This document shows, piece after piece, positions 46,967 through 57,700 of a DNA stretch of 64,000 nt. Below the pieces are notes generated by a model. That model was given only the letters and a program-made list of their open reading frames with translations, did not search any database and was not told the origin of the DNA. Where the stretch lies: positions 6,789 through 70,788 of the forward strand of contig CANQBB010000001.1 in the NCBI GenBank assembly GCA_947588905.1. The letters are read 5' to 3'. Every line of letters begins with the position of its first letter. The first letter of the stretch is position 1. The position numbers and the translations under genes were made by a program. This DNA is from an uncultured Clostridia bacterium (GTDB lineage Bacteria; Bacillota; Clostridia; TANB77; UBA1234).

Positions 46967-48259
46967 ATGAAACGAATTATATTTTTTATATCTATTTTAA
47001 TATTAGTGATTTTGCCTTCAAATATATTTGCAGTTGAACTTACATGTCCAAATGCAATTTTAATAGAATTAGATTCTGGGAAAGTATTGTATGAAAAAGA
47101 TGCAGATACTCCTATTTATCCCGCATCAACCACAAAAATATTAACAACAATTTTAGCTATCGAAAATTGCGATATGGATGATGAGGTCACAGCAAGCTAT
47201 AATGCAATTATGAGTGTACCATGGGATGGTACTACTGCTGCTATTCAAGTAGGAGAAACATGGACAGTTGAACAGCTAATAGATGCTATGATGGTGTGCA
47301 GTGCGAATGAAGCCGCAAACATGATAGCAGAGCATATTGGTGGAAGTATTGAAAGTTTTGCAAGTATAATGAATGCAAGAGCAAAAGAGTTAGGAGCAAC
47401 ATCATCAAATTTTGTTAATCCTAATGGACTTCATGATGATAATCATTATACTACTGTTAGAGATATGGCTAAGATTGCTAGATATGGAATGTTAAACTTA
47501 CCAGAATTTAGAAAAGCTGCTAAATTAACAAGTTTTTCATTACCACAAACAAGTATTTATCCAAAAACCGATAGAAGTTTTGTTAATACAAATAGAATGA
47601 TTCTAGAAAATTCAACATATTATTATCCATATGCAACTGGAATAAAAACAGGATATACAAGTAAATCTTTGAACTGTATTATAGCCAGTGCTGAAAAAGA
47701 TGGTGTTGAGCTTATTGCTTTAGTTTTTGGAGCAGTAGGTGCTCAAAATAGAACTAATGATACTATTGCTTTATTTGAATATGGCTTTGAGCAAATGAAA
47801 TCAGAAACATTTGTTACAAGAGATTCAATTATAGATAATGTAAAAATAAATGGTGCTGTGCCTAATGCAAATATGATAGGTTTAACAGTTAATAAAGATA
47901 TTGCATTTACAATACCACAAGATAAATCTTCTGGTGAATATGCACCAACTATCACATTAAAAGACAATTTAAAAGCACCTATAGAATCTGGAGAAACTGT
48001 AGGCACTATTTCATATGACATAGAGGGTGTTACACATAGTTATGATTTAATTTCAAACACTAAAGTAGAAGGAATGCTTAATAATGTGGCTGCTGCAGTT
48101 ACTACCACAGCAAAAGTTATAGGAATTATAATATTCTGGGCAGTAATTGCAATTGTATGTTTGTTTGTATTACTAATACTTATACGTGCAGCAATATTAA
48201 CAAAAAAGCAAAAAACACGTAGAAGGAGAATGATGATTTATAATTCAAGATTTAGATAA
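46967..48259 (+). CDS. D-alanyl-D-alanine carboxypeptidase (serine-type PBP5 family) with a C-terminal membrane anchor
   Basis: Signal peptide. SxxK (PASTTKILT), SAN-like CSANEAA, KTG (GIKTGYT). C-terminal TM helix. Confidence 0.75.
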   Translation: MKRIIFFISILILVILPSNIFAVELTCPNAILIELDSGKVLYEKDADTPIYPASTTKILTTILAIENCDMDDEVTASYNAIMSVPWDGTTAAIQVGETWTVEQLIDAMMVCSANEAANMIAEHIGGSIESFASIMNARAKELGATSSNFVNPNGLHDDNHYTTVRDMAKIARYGMLNLPEFRKAAKLTSFSLPQTSIYPKTDRSFVNTNRMILENSTYYYPYATGIKTGYTSKSLNCIIASAEKDGVELIALVFGAVGAQNRTNDTIALFEYGFEQMKSETFVTRDSIIDNVKINGAVPNANMIGLTVNKDIAFTIPQDKSSGEYAPTITLKDNLKAPIESGETVGTISYDIEGVTHSYDLISNTKVEGMLNNVAAAVTTTAKVIGIIIFWAVIAIVCLFVLLILIRAAILTKKQKTRRRRMMIYNSRFR

Positions 48260-48568
48260 AATGCGTTCTTGAATTTCTTGGATTACATTTTCTTTTTCCT
48301 CTACAGGAATTTTTGAACTTTTTAAATATAACGAAAATATATCATTTATTTTTCCACTTGTTATACCTTTAGGATTTAATATATGGTCTAAACTTATATC
48401 AAAGTAATTGGCTATAATTACAGCATCGCTAATTGATAAGTCTCTTCTGCCAATTTCCCAGCTTGATACTTTGGATCTACTCATACCTAATGCTTTACCA
48501 AGTTCAGCCTGAGTTAGACCTTTTTTTGCTCTTAACTCAGCTAAAAATATTGAAATACTTTTATTCAT
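48245..48568 (-). CDS. XRE-family HTH transcriptional regulator
   Basis: ATG at 48568 with AGAGGTG RBS. HTH LTQAELGKALGMSRSKVSSWEIG. Confidence 0.6.
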   Translation of the reverse strand: MNKSISIFLAELRAKKGLTQAELGKALGMSRSKVSSWEIGRRDLSISDAVIIANYFDISLDHILNPKGITSGKINDIFSLYLKSSKIPVEEKENVIQEIQERILSKS

Positions 48569-48621
48569 AAGGACACCTCTTTCAGTACTAATACTGATAT
48601 TGTCCATAAAATGGGGACAAT

Positions 48622-50037
48622 TTATATTGCAAAAGTTCCACCTGGTGTGTCAAGAAGCATAAAAATCTTTTCTTCCACACCAGTTTCAATATTTATATAT
48701 ACTATAAATTCTTTATCTTCCATTTTCCCTCTGAACTCATACGCAGTTAATTCAGTTTTCCAATCTGTTGGTATAACAGTAACTTCTCTCGATATAATTT
48801 CAAGTTTAGAATTTATTTTACTTTCAACATCCTGCATAGACATACTAGCAACTGGTATATCTCGCTCATGATGAGAATTCAAATAGCTCTGAGCTTCTAT
48901 TCCTAACACTTCTCCATTATCTAAAGCTACTTTCACTTTTATTAAATCTGGATAACATATTACTCCGCTTTGATTATACGCATAATTTATTGTTAAAATT
49001 CCATTCTGATTTGTAAAATATGTCTCTTTCATATTTTTAAAACCGTGATTATATAAATATTCATTTCCAATATTATTTGCTTGCTCTTTTGAAATATTGT
49101 CTTTACTAACTTCTCTGTTTATATCCATCCATAAAACTTGTCCACCTTGTTCAGTAATATTTATATATCCTTTACTATTATTTTCCAAAGTAAATTCAAA
49201 GCCAAAAGCTTTTATATTTCCATTAACAAAACCATTACTTTTTAAATCTTTTATCCTGTTTTTATCAACATATTCATAAACTTTTTCTTTTGCCTCAGCT
49301 TCATTATAAACTTTTTCTCCCAATCCCAAAGGATTGCTACTTGTCATATGTTCAGAAAAAGGTCCATCATAAATTAGCCCTTCATAATCTTGCATATCTT
49401 CTTCAATCTTAGAAAAACTGTCTTTAGAAATATTAGCAACTTCTTGTGCTAAAAAAGCCGTATTTTCTTCTTCAACAAGTTCTTCCCATGAAATACTATT
49501 ACTTGAAAAATCATCCGCCAAATTTTGAAGTGTAGCACTTAAAGTTTGACACGTTTTATAATAGCTATTTAAGTTATCAAAATCTTTTTCTTCCAAGCTT
49601 TTTCCATCAATAAGCTTATTGCATAAGCTATAAGAATAATCACTTAATTGATTAAAAAATTTCACAGCATTTGACAAAACATTGTTATCTGTAGGAATTT
49701 GTGAAAGAGAAGATTGGGCTAAATCTGCTTTTCGCCACAAATTACTCAATGTTTTAGCAGAGTAAGCTTGCGTGCTAGAAATTTGTGCCTTAGCAAGAAG
49801 TACTTCAACATTATCTACATATTCAACTAATTCATAAAAAGATTTATTATATGAATTAGCAATAGTTTGATGTGCCTTTCTATTTTCTAATCCAAAATAA
49901 ACTGATATAAAGAAAAAAATAATCGCTAAAATAAATGTCATTCTCAATCCGCCATTTAAACCAAGCTTCTTATTCCAAAATTTATTCAACCATACCACCT
50001 CAATGTTATTTTTTTCTAAAAAAGCAATAATATACAC
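48622..50037 (-). CDS. YpeB-like sporulation/germination protein (N-terminal TM helix plus PepSY-like domains)
   Basis: TM helix MTFILAIIFFFISVYFGL. C-terminal PepSY-like repeats. The ORF-track start at 50037 is GTG. The true start is uncertain and no sleB is adjacent. Confidence 0.4.
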   Translation of the reverse strand: MYIIAFLEKNNIEVVWLNKFWNKKLGLNGGLRMTFILAIIFFFISVYFGLENRKAHQTIANSYNKSFYELVEYVDNVEVLLAKAQISSTQAYSAKTLSNLWRKADLAQSSLSQIPTDNNVLSNAVKFFNQLSDYSYSLCNKLIDGKSLEEKDFDNLNSYYKTCQTLSATLQNLADDFSSNSISWEELVEEENTAFLAQEVANISKDSFSKIEEDMQDYEGLIYDGPFSEHMTSSNPLGLGEKVYNEAEAKEKVYEYVDKNRIKDLKSNGFVNGNIKAFGFEFTLENNSKGYINITEQGGQVLWMDINREVSKDNISKEQANNIGNEYLYNHGFKNMKETYFTNQNGILTINYAYNQSGVICYPDLIKVKVALDNGEVLGIEAQSYLNSHHERDIPVASMSMQDVESKINSKLEIISREVTVIPTDWKTELTAYEFRGKMEDKEFIVYINIETGVEEKIFMLLDTPGGTFAI

Positions 50038-50211
50038 AAAATAGAAGATTTTTAACTTAAACGTTAATAAAAAAGGTGAGCATAGGCGAAAAGGTGAAAA
50101 TATAATGTTCTATTCTCTTGGAACAATATAACCTTGACGATAGCAATATAAAAATATATACTAATGCTATCCTTTTACAAGGAAATCTTGTGGAAAGGAG
50201 GGTACATAATT

Positions 50212-50289
50212 TTGAAAATTCATATAATTTTCAAAGTACTAATAATTGCTTTTATAATGCTATTTGTATTTGAAAAGGTAGTTTATTAG
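50212..50289 (+). CDS. Candidate 25-aa hydrophobic micro-protein (MKIHIIFKVLIIAFIMLFVFEKVVY) with a strong RBS and downstream hairpin
   Basis: GGAAAGGAGGG RBS 8 nt before the TTG start. A perfect 9-bp inverted repeat (agactaggt..acctagtct) at 50299-50326 follows the stop. Confidence 0.3.
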   Translation: MKIHIIFKVLIIAFIMLFVFEKVVY

Positions 50290-50523
50290 TAAAGAAAAAG
50301 ACTAGGTCTAGCCACCTAGTCTTCTTTGATACATAATTGAAAATTCATATTCGCTTTAAAGCTTTAAATAGATTATAGCACGGAAATATAATAAAGTCAA
50401 ATTTAATTTTTTGTTCTTAGATATGTAATTAAACAATCTTACTCGATTATAGTATTTCACTTATATTTACATTTTTATCAATTTTATGGTAAAATGCTAT
50501 TAGAAATATTGGGAGGTAATAAA

Positions 50524-51648
50524 ATGAATAAAAAGATTGTTATTTTATATGCATCTGTTGGCGGAGGACATTTCAAAGCAGCAGAAGCAATAAAAAATTA
50601 TATAACTGAAAATTATCCAGAAACAGAAACAGATATGCTTGATGCTTTAAAATATACAAACAAAGCAATAGATAAAATCGTAGTAAAATCATATGTAAAT
50701 ATGGCTCGTTATTCTCCTGAATTATGGGGAGACATATATAAGCTAAGTGCTAAACAATATTCTGTAGCAAACTTTTGTAATGCTGTTCAAAAATTATTAT
50801 CAAGAAAATTATTTAAATATTTTAAAGAACAAAAACCAGACATAATAATCTCTACACATCCATTTATAACAGAAATGTGTGCTATTATAAAAAAGAAAGG
50901 AAAAATAGATGCAAAATTAAATGTAATTTTAACAGACTATGCATCACATAGATTTTGGGAACTAGAACCAGAGTATGTAGATAATTATTTCGTTGCAAAT
51001 GAAGAAATGAAACATTCTATGAATTATAACGGAATACCTGAAACAAAAATACATGTAACCGGTATCCCAGTATCTCCAGCATTTTTAAAAGAATATGATA
51101 AGTCACAAATATATAATGAATTTGGATTATCCGAAAACAAAAAGACTGTTTTAATCTTTGGCGGTGGCGAATATGGTTTATCAAATATTAAGAATTTCTA
51201 CAAAGGTCTTTTAGAAGTAAACGAAGATATTCAAATAGTAACTATTGCAGGTAAAAGAATAAAATCACAAAGAATGTTTAATGAACTTGCTGAAACTTCT
51301 AATAAAAAAGTTGTTGTGTTAGGATATACAAATAAAATTCCAGAACTAATGCAAATAGCAGATTTAGTAATATCGAAACCAGGCGGTTTAACAACAACTG
51401 AAATATTAACCAGTCATATACCTTTTGTAATAATAAATCCTATACCAGGTCAAGAAGAAGAAAATGCTGAATATTTATTAAATAATGGAGTAGCCGTTAG
51501 AATCTTTAATAGTAATAAAACTAAACCATTTTTAGATAATTTATTATCTGATGAATATAGATTATCTACATTAAAGTCTGTGCAAGAACATATTGCAAAA
51601 CCATATTCTACAAAAAATATAGTCGAAAAAATATTATGCACTGATTAA
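50524..51648 (+). CDS. UgtP/MGDG-synthase-like diacylglycerol glycosyltransferase (GT28 family)
   Basis: The ATG at 50524 follows a GGGAGGT RBS, whereas the ORF-track start at 50494 is earlier. N-terminus MNKKIVILYASVGGGHFKAAEAI. C-terminal glycosyltransferase domain. Confidence 0.65.
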   Translation: MNKKIVILYASVGGGHFKAAEAIKNYITENYPETETDMLDALKYTNKAIDKIVVKSYVNMARYSPELWGDIYKLSAKQYSVANFCNAVQKLLSRKLFKYFKEQKPDIIISTHPFITEMCAIIKKKGKIDAKLNVILTDYASHRFWELEPEYVDNYFVANEEMKHSMNYNGIPETKIHVTGIPVSPAFLKEYDKSQIYNEFGLSENKKTVLIFGGGEYGLSNIKNFYKGLLEVNEDIQIVTIAGKRIKSQRMFNELAETSNKKVVVLGYTNKIPELMQIADLVISKPGGLTTTEILTSHIPFVIINPIPGQEEENAEYLLNNGVAVRIFNSNKTKPFLDNLLSDEYRLSTLKSVQEHIAKPYSTKNIVEKILCTD

Positions 51649-51689
51649 AAATATTTTTTCTTATTTCATTTAGAAAGTTAAACAACTAA

Positions 51690-51720
51690 AAAACCGCACT
51701 TAAAAGTGCGGCTCTTTTTT
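51690..51720. terminator. Bidirectional rho-independent terminator (ccgcactt..aagtgcgg)
   Basis: 8-bp GC-rich stem flanked by an A-run and a T-run, between convergent genes. Confidence 0.55.
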
Positions 51721-54542
51721 TAATTTGCATAAGCATTTTTAATTTCATATGTCATTTTATTATCATTAACAGTTATAATAATATAATTTGTATCTTTAAT
51801 ATTTTCAACAGAAGGTTCTACATATTCTTCAGTTGCGATGCTTAAATATTTTATTCCTCTATTCATAGAGTAATCTGTATTATCTCCTTTTTGAAGAACC
51901 CAAATATTTTTACCTGTACTTCTCATTAAATCACAAAGCACATCAATGAAAAGTTTTTTCTCAGCAGTATCTTTAAAATCATTTATATTACCATTTAAAA
52001 CAATCAAAATATTTTTATTACCATTTCTAATATCTGATTGCAAACTTAGCCATTGATTACTATCCGTTAATCTAATTCCACCAGCATAAATATCTATTGA
52101 AATAATCGTTGCACTCTTAAAGTTTTTAACTCCATATCCATTTACAAAAATCTTTTCTTTTGAAACCCCATCTGTTAAAGTAATATTTGATTGTGTTGGG
52201 AAAACTGTAATGTCAGCATTTTGATTTATTACACCTTCTATAGTTTTATTTTTAAAACGGTCAAGTAATAATTTTTCATCTGAAAATTCTGGAGATACTA
52301 TAAGTCTAAAAGCATTTGCTGATTCTAAATCAGAATATACATTTAATTCATCTGCTCCTTTAATATCTGCTGGTAACATTCCATCTGCATCCACCTTACT
52401 ATTTTCATAAATTATTTTCAAATCATCAAAATATACACTACCTTTTGTTAATGCATTTGCATCATCTTGTGCAACATAAATATCTACTAATTTAGCAGGT
52501 AAAGCAACATTAGCCAAGCTTAAAGTTAATTCTTGCCATCCATTTGATTCTAATCCTTTACTTAATAATAAATATTGCGTCTCGCCATTTGCATCTGTAA
52601 GTTTCATTTTTATTTGGTCACTTGTTGATTCTGTTGCATAAACCATTACAGAAACTCCACGTGCATCACTGTCTAATAGTACACTTTCATCAAATCTTAA
52701 ATAAGCAGCTCTTGTTACATTAGTCTTTGTAAAATCATATGTTAATTTAGCACTTTTCTTGCCACTATAAACTTCTTCATCATCTAAAGAAACTTTACCT
52801 TTTATATCTGTTGGATAAGATTTAAAATAAAAATTAGTTTCTTCAAAATCGTTAATCAATTTAGCATTATTTTCATTAACTCTAATTAAAGCATACGAAG
52901 TTGCATTACCAGATGATACAGATATTACAGTATCTCCAACGCCATCACTTTTGAAAACTCCATCTTCGATACTACCTTCTCCTTCAACAATTTCCCATTC
53001 AAGATTATCATTCTTTAATGAAGCACCATAACCATTTTTATTTTGACCGCTAACTTCAAATGTAACATCTTCTCCATCAATAATACTTACTTTTTTAGGT
53101 GAAATTGTAAGTTCATTAGGAGCACTTAATACATCTATATTTATTGTTCCAGTAGCTTTTCCTATCTTAGCTTTAACTGTAGCAGTACCAGCTGTATCTC
53201 CAGCTTTTAAAACATTTCCTTCAACAGAAACATCAACACCTGTAGAAGACCATTTTATATCATCAGTGTCAATTGAAACAGGGTTATAATATTTATCATA
53301 TCCTTTTACTATAAGTTCTCTTTCATCTCCAACAAAAACATTAACTTCTTTAACCTCAATAACTAGCTCACTTAATGAACCTGTTTTATCTGTATTGAAA
53401 ACACCAACTGAATCAGCAACATTTCTAAGGCCTCCATCACTTGGCTTATTTACTAAAGTTGAATCTTCTTCTCCTAATCTTCTTACTGCCATAGTTGTTG
53501 AACCACCACCGTCTAAATTAAGAGCATTATAAATTCCTTTTTCAATAAGAAGTTCTGCAAATTCTGTTTGAGTTAATCCAATACTTGAAGATTGTCTACC
53601 ATCAACTGTTATTAGATAAAGTGTATTGCCATCTTTAGAAACACCAATAGAAGTTCTTGGATTTGAACCCATCAAGTTATGTGTAAAGTTTGCGACTTGA
53701 CCTTCTTTTACTAAAAGTGTACCTCCTGAAACTGCCATTTTAATTTTGTTTACATCAGCTTGCATTTCAATATCTATACTAACTCTATCTCCAACTCTTA
53801 ATATATCTTTCTTTGCTGTAGCATTTTCTCCAAACGCAGTTAAAACATATCCACCTTCTGGTATTTCAACAGGTTCTTCATTAGTTCTAACTTCAACAAC
53901 TTTATCATTATCAATAACAAATTCTGTTGTAATCAAATCTGGAGTTGAACCGATAGAAGTCTCTGCCCATTTATCTGAGTATAAAACTAAAAAGTCATAA
54001 TTTATTGGAAGTTTATTCATATCTCCAACACTAATTGCTTCGCCTGTTCGATAATTATTTACAGTAATCTTATTAGAAAAATATCCAAACCAAGTATCGT
54101 TATTTTCATCAATTAGCATACTTCCAAAAACATCTTTAGAAGCATTTTCATAATATGTAGAAGTTAGCATTTCTCCATCATTTACACTCATTCCAATAAT
54201 ATTACCATTATTAGTTTTTCCATTAAAGAAATCTGCATTAACAGCTGCAATACATCTCTTTTGATTTTCAAGCATTCTTTTTACATTTTGAAAAGTATTT
54301 AAACCATTTTCAGAAGTTAATACTTTGATTGATGTATTTTCATCATCTAAATCAATATCTACAATGTTAATTGAAAGCCATCCTTTATCTGTTAATCTTG
54401 TATATTTTGTTAAATTAGTTCCCGAATTAAGTACTTCCTTTTGAGAGGTTTCATATAATTTAGTTAATGCAAAAGCATTACTATTTAAACAAACACATAA
54501 AAATGATATTAAAAAAATAATTCCAATCTTCTTCATAATCAA
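51720..54542 (-). CDS. Secreted phosphodiester glycosidase-family protein with Big_2 (bacterial Ig-like) domains
   Basis: Signal peptide. Phosphodiester-glycosidase-like core (AVNADFFN...GMSVNDGEM...LNLDGGGSTTMAV). Ig-like repeats in the middle. C-terminal putative esterase or anchoring region. Confidence 0.55.
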   Translation of the reverse strand: MIMKKIGIIFLISFLCVCLNSNAFALTKLYETSQKEVLNSGTNLTKYTRLTDKGWLSINIVDIDLDDENTSIKVLTSENGLNTFQNVKRMLENQKRCIAAVNADFFNGKTNNGNIIGMSVNDGEMLTSTYYENASKDVFGSMLIDENNDTWFGYFSNKITVNNYRTGEAISVGDMNKLPINYDFLVLYSDKWAETSIGSTPDLITTEFVIDNDKVVEVRTNEEPVEIPEGGYVLTAFGENATAKKDILRVGDRVSIDIEMQADVNKIKMAVSGGTLLVKEGQVANFTHNLMGSNPRTSIGVSKDGNTLYLITVDGRQSSSIGLTQTEFAELLIEKGIYNALNLDGGGSTTMAVRRLGEEDSTLVNKPSDGGLRNVADSVGVFNTDKTGSLSELVIEVKEVNVFVGDERELIVKGYDKYYNPVSIDTDDIKWSSTGVDVSVEGNVLKAGDTAGTATVKAKIGKATGTINIDVLSAPNELTISPKKVSIIDGEDVTFEVSGQNKNGYGASLKNDNLEWEIVEGEGSIEDGVFKSDGVGDTVISVSSGNATSYALIRVNENNAKLINDFEETNFYFKSYPTDIKGKVSLDDEEVYSGKKSAKLTYDFTKTNVTRAAYLRFDESVLLDSDARGVSVMVYATESTSDQIKMKLTDANGETQYLLLSKGLESNGWQELTLSLANVALPAKLVDIYVAQDDANALTKGSVYFDDLKIIYENSKVDADGMLPADIKGADELNVYSDLESANAFRLIVSPEFSDEKLLLDRFKNKTIEGVINQNADITVFPTQSNITLTDGVSKEKIFVNGYGVKNFKSATIISIDIYAGGIRLTDSNQWLSLQSDIRNGNKNILIVLNGNINDFKDTAEKKLFIDVLCDLMRSTGKNIWVLQKGDNTDYSMNRGIKYLSIATEEYVEPSVENIKDTNYIIITVNDNKMTYEIKNAYAN

Positions 54543-54724
54543 TCCTCCTTGTTTAACAATTATTTATAATAAAGTTTCAAACCTTTTATTTCCCTAAGAC
54601 AAATTTAAGTATATCATACTGATTAAAAAAAAGAAAGGAAATCAAAAAAATAATATATGTAAAATTTTCCAATAAAAATAGGAGACTGTAATTTTACAAT
54701 CTCCTATTTAAGTTTTAAATTATT

Positions 54725-57700
54725 TTACTGTAGTCTTCTTATTACCAATTCATTATCCTCATTATACTCTGCTCTAAATATTAGCTCGCTTGATTCTGAG
54801 AATAATTTTCCTGCTCCTGTTGTTTCCTCTAATCTAGTCTTTGCATAATATGTTGTATTTGGTATTAAGCCATTATATGTATCAGTTGTTTGCCATGCTC
54901 TATAAGTTGCTTCATTTTCTGCTCGTATTGCATATTTAATGCTTACGCTTTCTGCTCCTGAATATTTTTGATTACATACTAATCTCAATTCAAATGTTGC
55001 TAATAATTCTATATCATCTGAAGCAACACTACTAATATTACCAGCTTCATCTTTTAACCATACATATACTGTCTTATTTCCATTTTCTACTATCAACTCA
55101 TGCTTTGAATATTCTTTATATGGCTTCCATTCACTGTATAGAGGTTCTCTCTTTTGATTGCTAATATACATATATTTTACATCATCAACATTGCTCTTAA
55201 TATGTACTACTACTTCTTCATCATTTGTTTTAGCAGCATTATCATTTATTTCAATTATAGCTATGCCTGGTGCTGATTTATCTATAATTATATGTTTTGT
55301 AACAATCGTATAATTTCCAGCAGCATCTGTAACTTTGAAATATACTGTTCTATCCATTGTTGTATCAAGTATTGTAAATCCTTTTCTATATGCTTGATTT
55401 TGTTCCAAATTGTTTGGAGTCCAATCAGTAGCTTTAGAACCCTCTTCAAGTTTTATATTCTTTATGTACATAGAACCTTCTTCTTGTAGCTTATGACCAT
55501 ATAAGTATAATTCTGTTACTTTTCTTTCATCAAGTTCATCAGCAGTTGTGAAAGTATAACTCTTTCTTACCCAATGTCCAACTTCTTCATCTGCTACTAT
55601 TAAGTTTTTAGAGCCGTTCTGGAAATCACTATTTTTTCCTCCAACTAAATAATATTTCAATCCAGTTGTTATTCCACACTCTGCTGTATCAGCATATATA
55701 TCAAATGATAATGTATATGTTGTTCCTCCTGTGATAACTCCAGCATCAATGTTTTGTTTTGCATATAACTCTCTGTTTTCCAAATCAAACTCAGAGTTTT
55801 TATTTATCAAAGCAAATACATTTGAACTAAATCTATTCTTATCTATATGTCCATGATATCCTAGAGTTGGCGATTTTACACTAGAATTATATCCTAACCA
55901 ATCGTTTGCCATTTCTCTACCGTTTAATAATGTATTCCAGTTATAATCTCTTTCTGATAATTTATAGAAATCTCCATTTTTCAATAAGTTATTATTATTT
56001 GTAGTTATTATTGATTCCCAATCCTTATTGTTCAAAGAATATTCTATATTTGTTACTCCAGAAAGTGTATCAATTCCAGTTACTACTATACTTACATCAT
56101 CACCTGTTCTTGTGCCTTCAACATAACCACTTAAGTCTACATCTACTATAGGCTTATCTAAATCGATTGTATTTACTCTTATTGTTCTTATTCTTTCAAC
56201 CCCATTTGTAGACCTTACATATACAGTATATAATCCATTTGCATTTACATTAAATGTTCTTCCTGTAAATATTGTTCCATCTTCTCTGAAGTAATCTACA
56301 GTCTTCACACCAGAAGCATACTTTGTTACTTCAATATCATTTCTAATTTCTCCTTCATTTGAGAATACAAACCATTGTAGTCCATCAATTTCCATATTTC
56401 CAGCTTCAGATGAGTATCCCCAATCAGGCATTGCACTTTCAAATTTAGCATTGTCTGTAATATCTTCATTTAATTTTATTAAGTAATAAACATGGTGTTC
56501 ATTATTATCATCAGATATACTTAATTCTTTTCCAACCATAGATATGCTATATTCTTTTGTATGACTTTCGTTATATAGTTTTGGATTTTCAAATACTTTC
56601 ATTCCTGCACTATTACTACTTCTATAGTTAGATGATACTAATATATATGTTCCTGATTTTAATCCTTTCAAGAAAGCTTTACCATCTTGCATTCCATGTA
56701 ATGTTTCATTATTCTCACTCGCAATCTTTTCCATTCTCCATGCTTTTGAACCATGGTAAGCAGATAAGATTTCTGACATAGTTCCTTCACTAGTAGTAAC
56801 ACTATTATCAGCTTTAGAACGAGTGATTATACTTGGGTCTGAATCATCGTAAATGCTTCCTTTATCGTAAGCAATAGCATTAACTGTAGTTTCTTGAGCT
56901 AATGACACTCCAGCATTACTTAATTCCAATTCTACATTATCCACAATTATTGGGTCAGTTCTGTTAAGAATGCTTGTTCCATCTGTATTAGTAACATATG
57001 TCCATAGATAATATGTACCTTTTGAACCATATTTTGGCCAAACTATCTCATCATTTTCTGCCTCTTCTGTTATGTCTTTCTCAGTTATTCCAGAATCTTT
57101 TGTTGTTAATAGATATTTAATTTTATCTACACTACCTTCATGTGTAGTTACTGAAACTCTTATTCCAGTATAAATATCATTCATGTTACAAGCAAAATAT
57201 AATTTATCAATCTTAATTGGAGCACCAGATAATTCTTCATTCCAACTAATTTTTACTTTAACATATTCAACATTTAATCCTGAACCATCATATCCATTCC
57301 AATTTGTATAAGTCCAACCTTCTTCTGCAGCAGATATACTTAATGTATCCATTGTATGACCATTGTCTGCTTCAACTGAAATAAAGTTTTTATCATAATA
57401 TTCAGCATCCACACTAAAGTCTCTCATTTCATCATCACCTGATGCCATGTAATTTAATCCCATTGACCATTCTGTACCTGCTACAATGAACCATTTTTCT
57501 GCATATTGTTCTAGACCTGTTAAATTCAATGCTCCTGTTTCGTCAATAGTTGCTCCACCATATAATTTCCAGCCACTCCATTTAGCATTACTTGTTGATA
57601 TTTCTGTTGTTACCACATTTATATTTTCCTCTACACTTATAGTTCTAGTTACTGTCATAACAACATTTCCATATCTATCTTTTAATGTATATACAACAAG

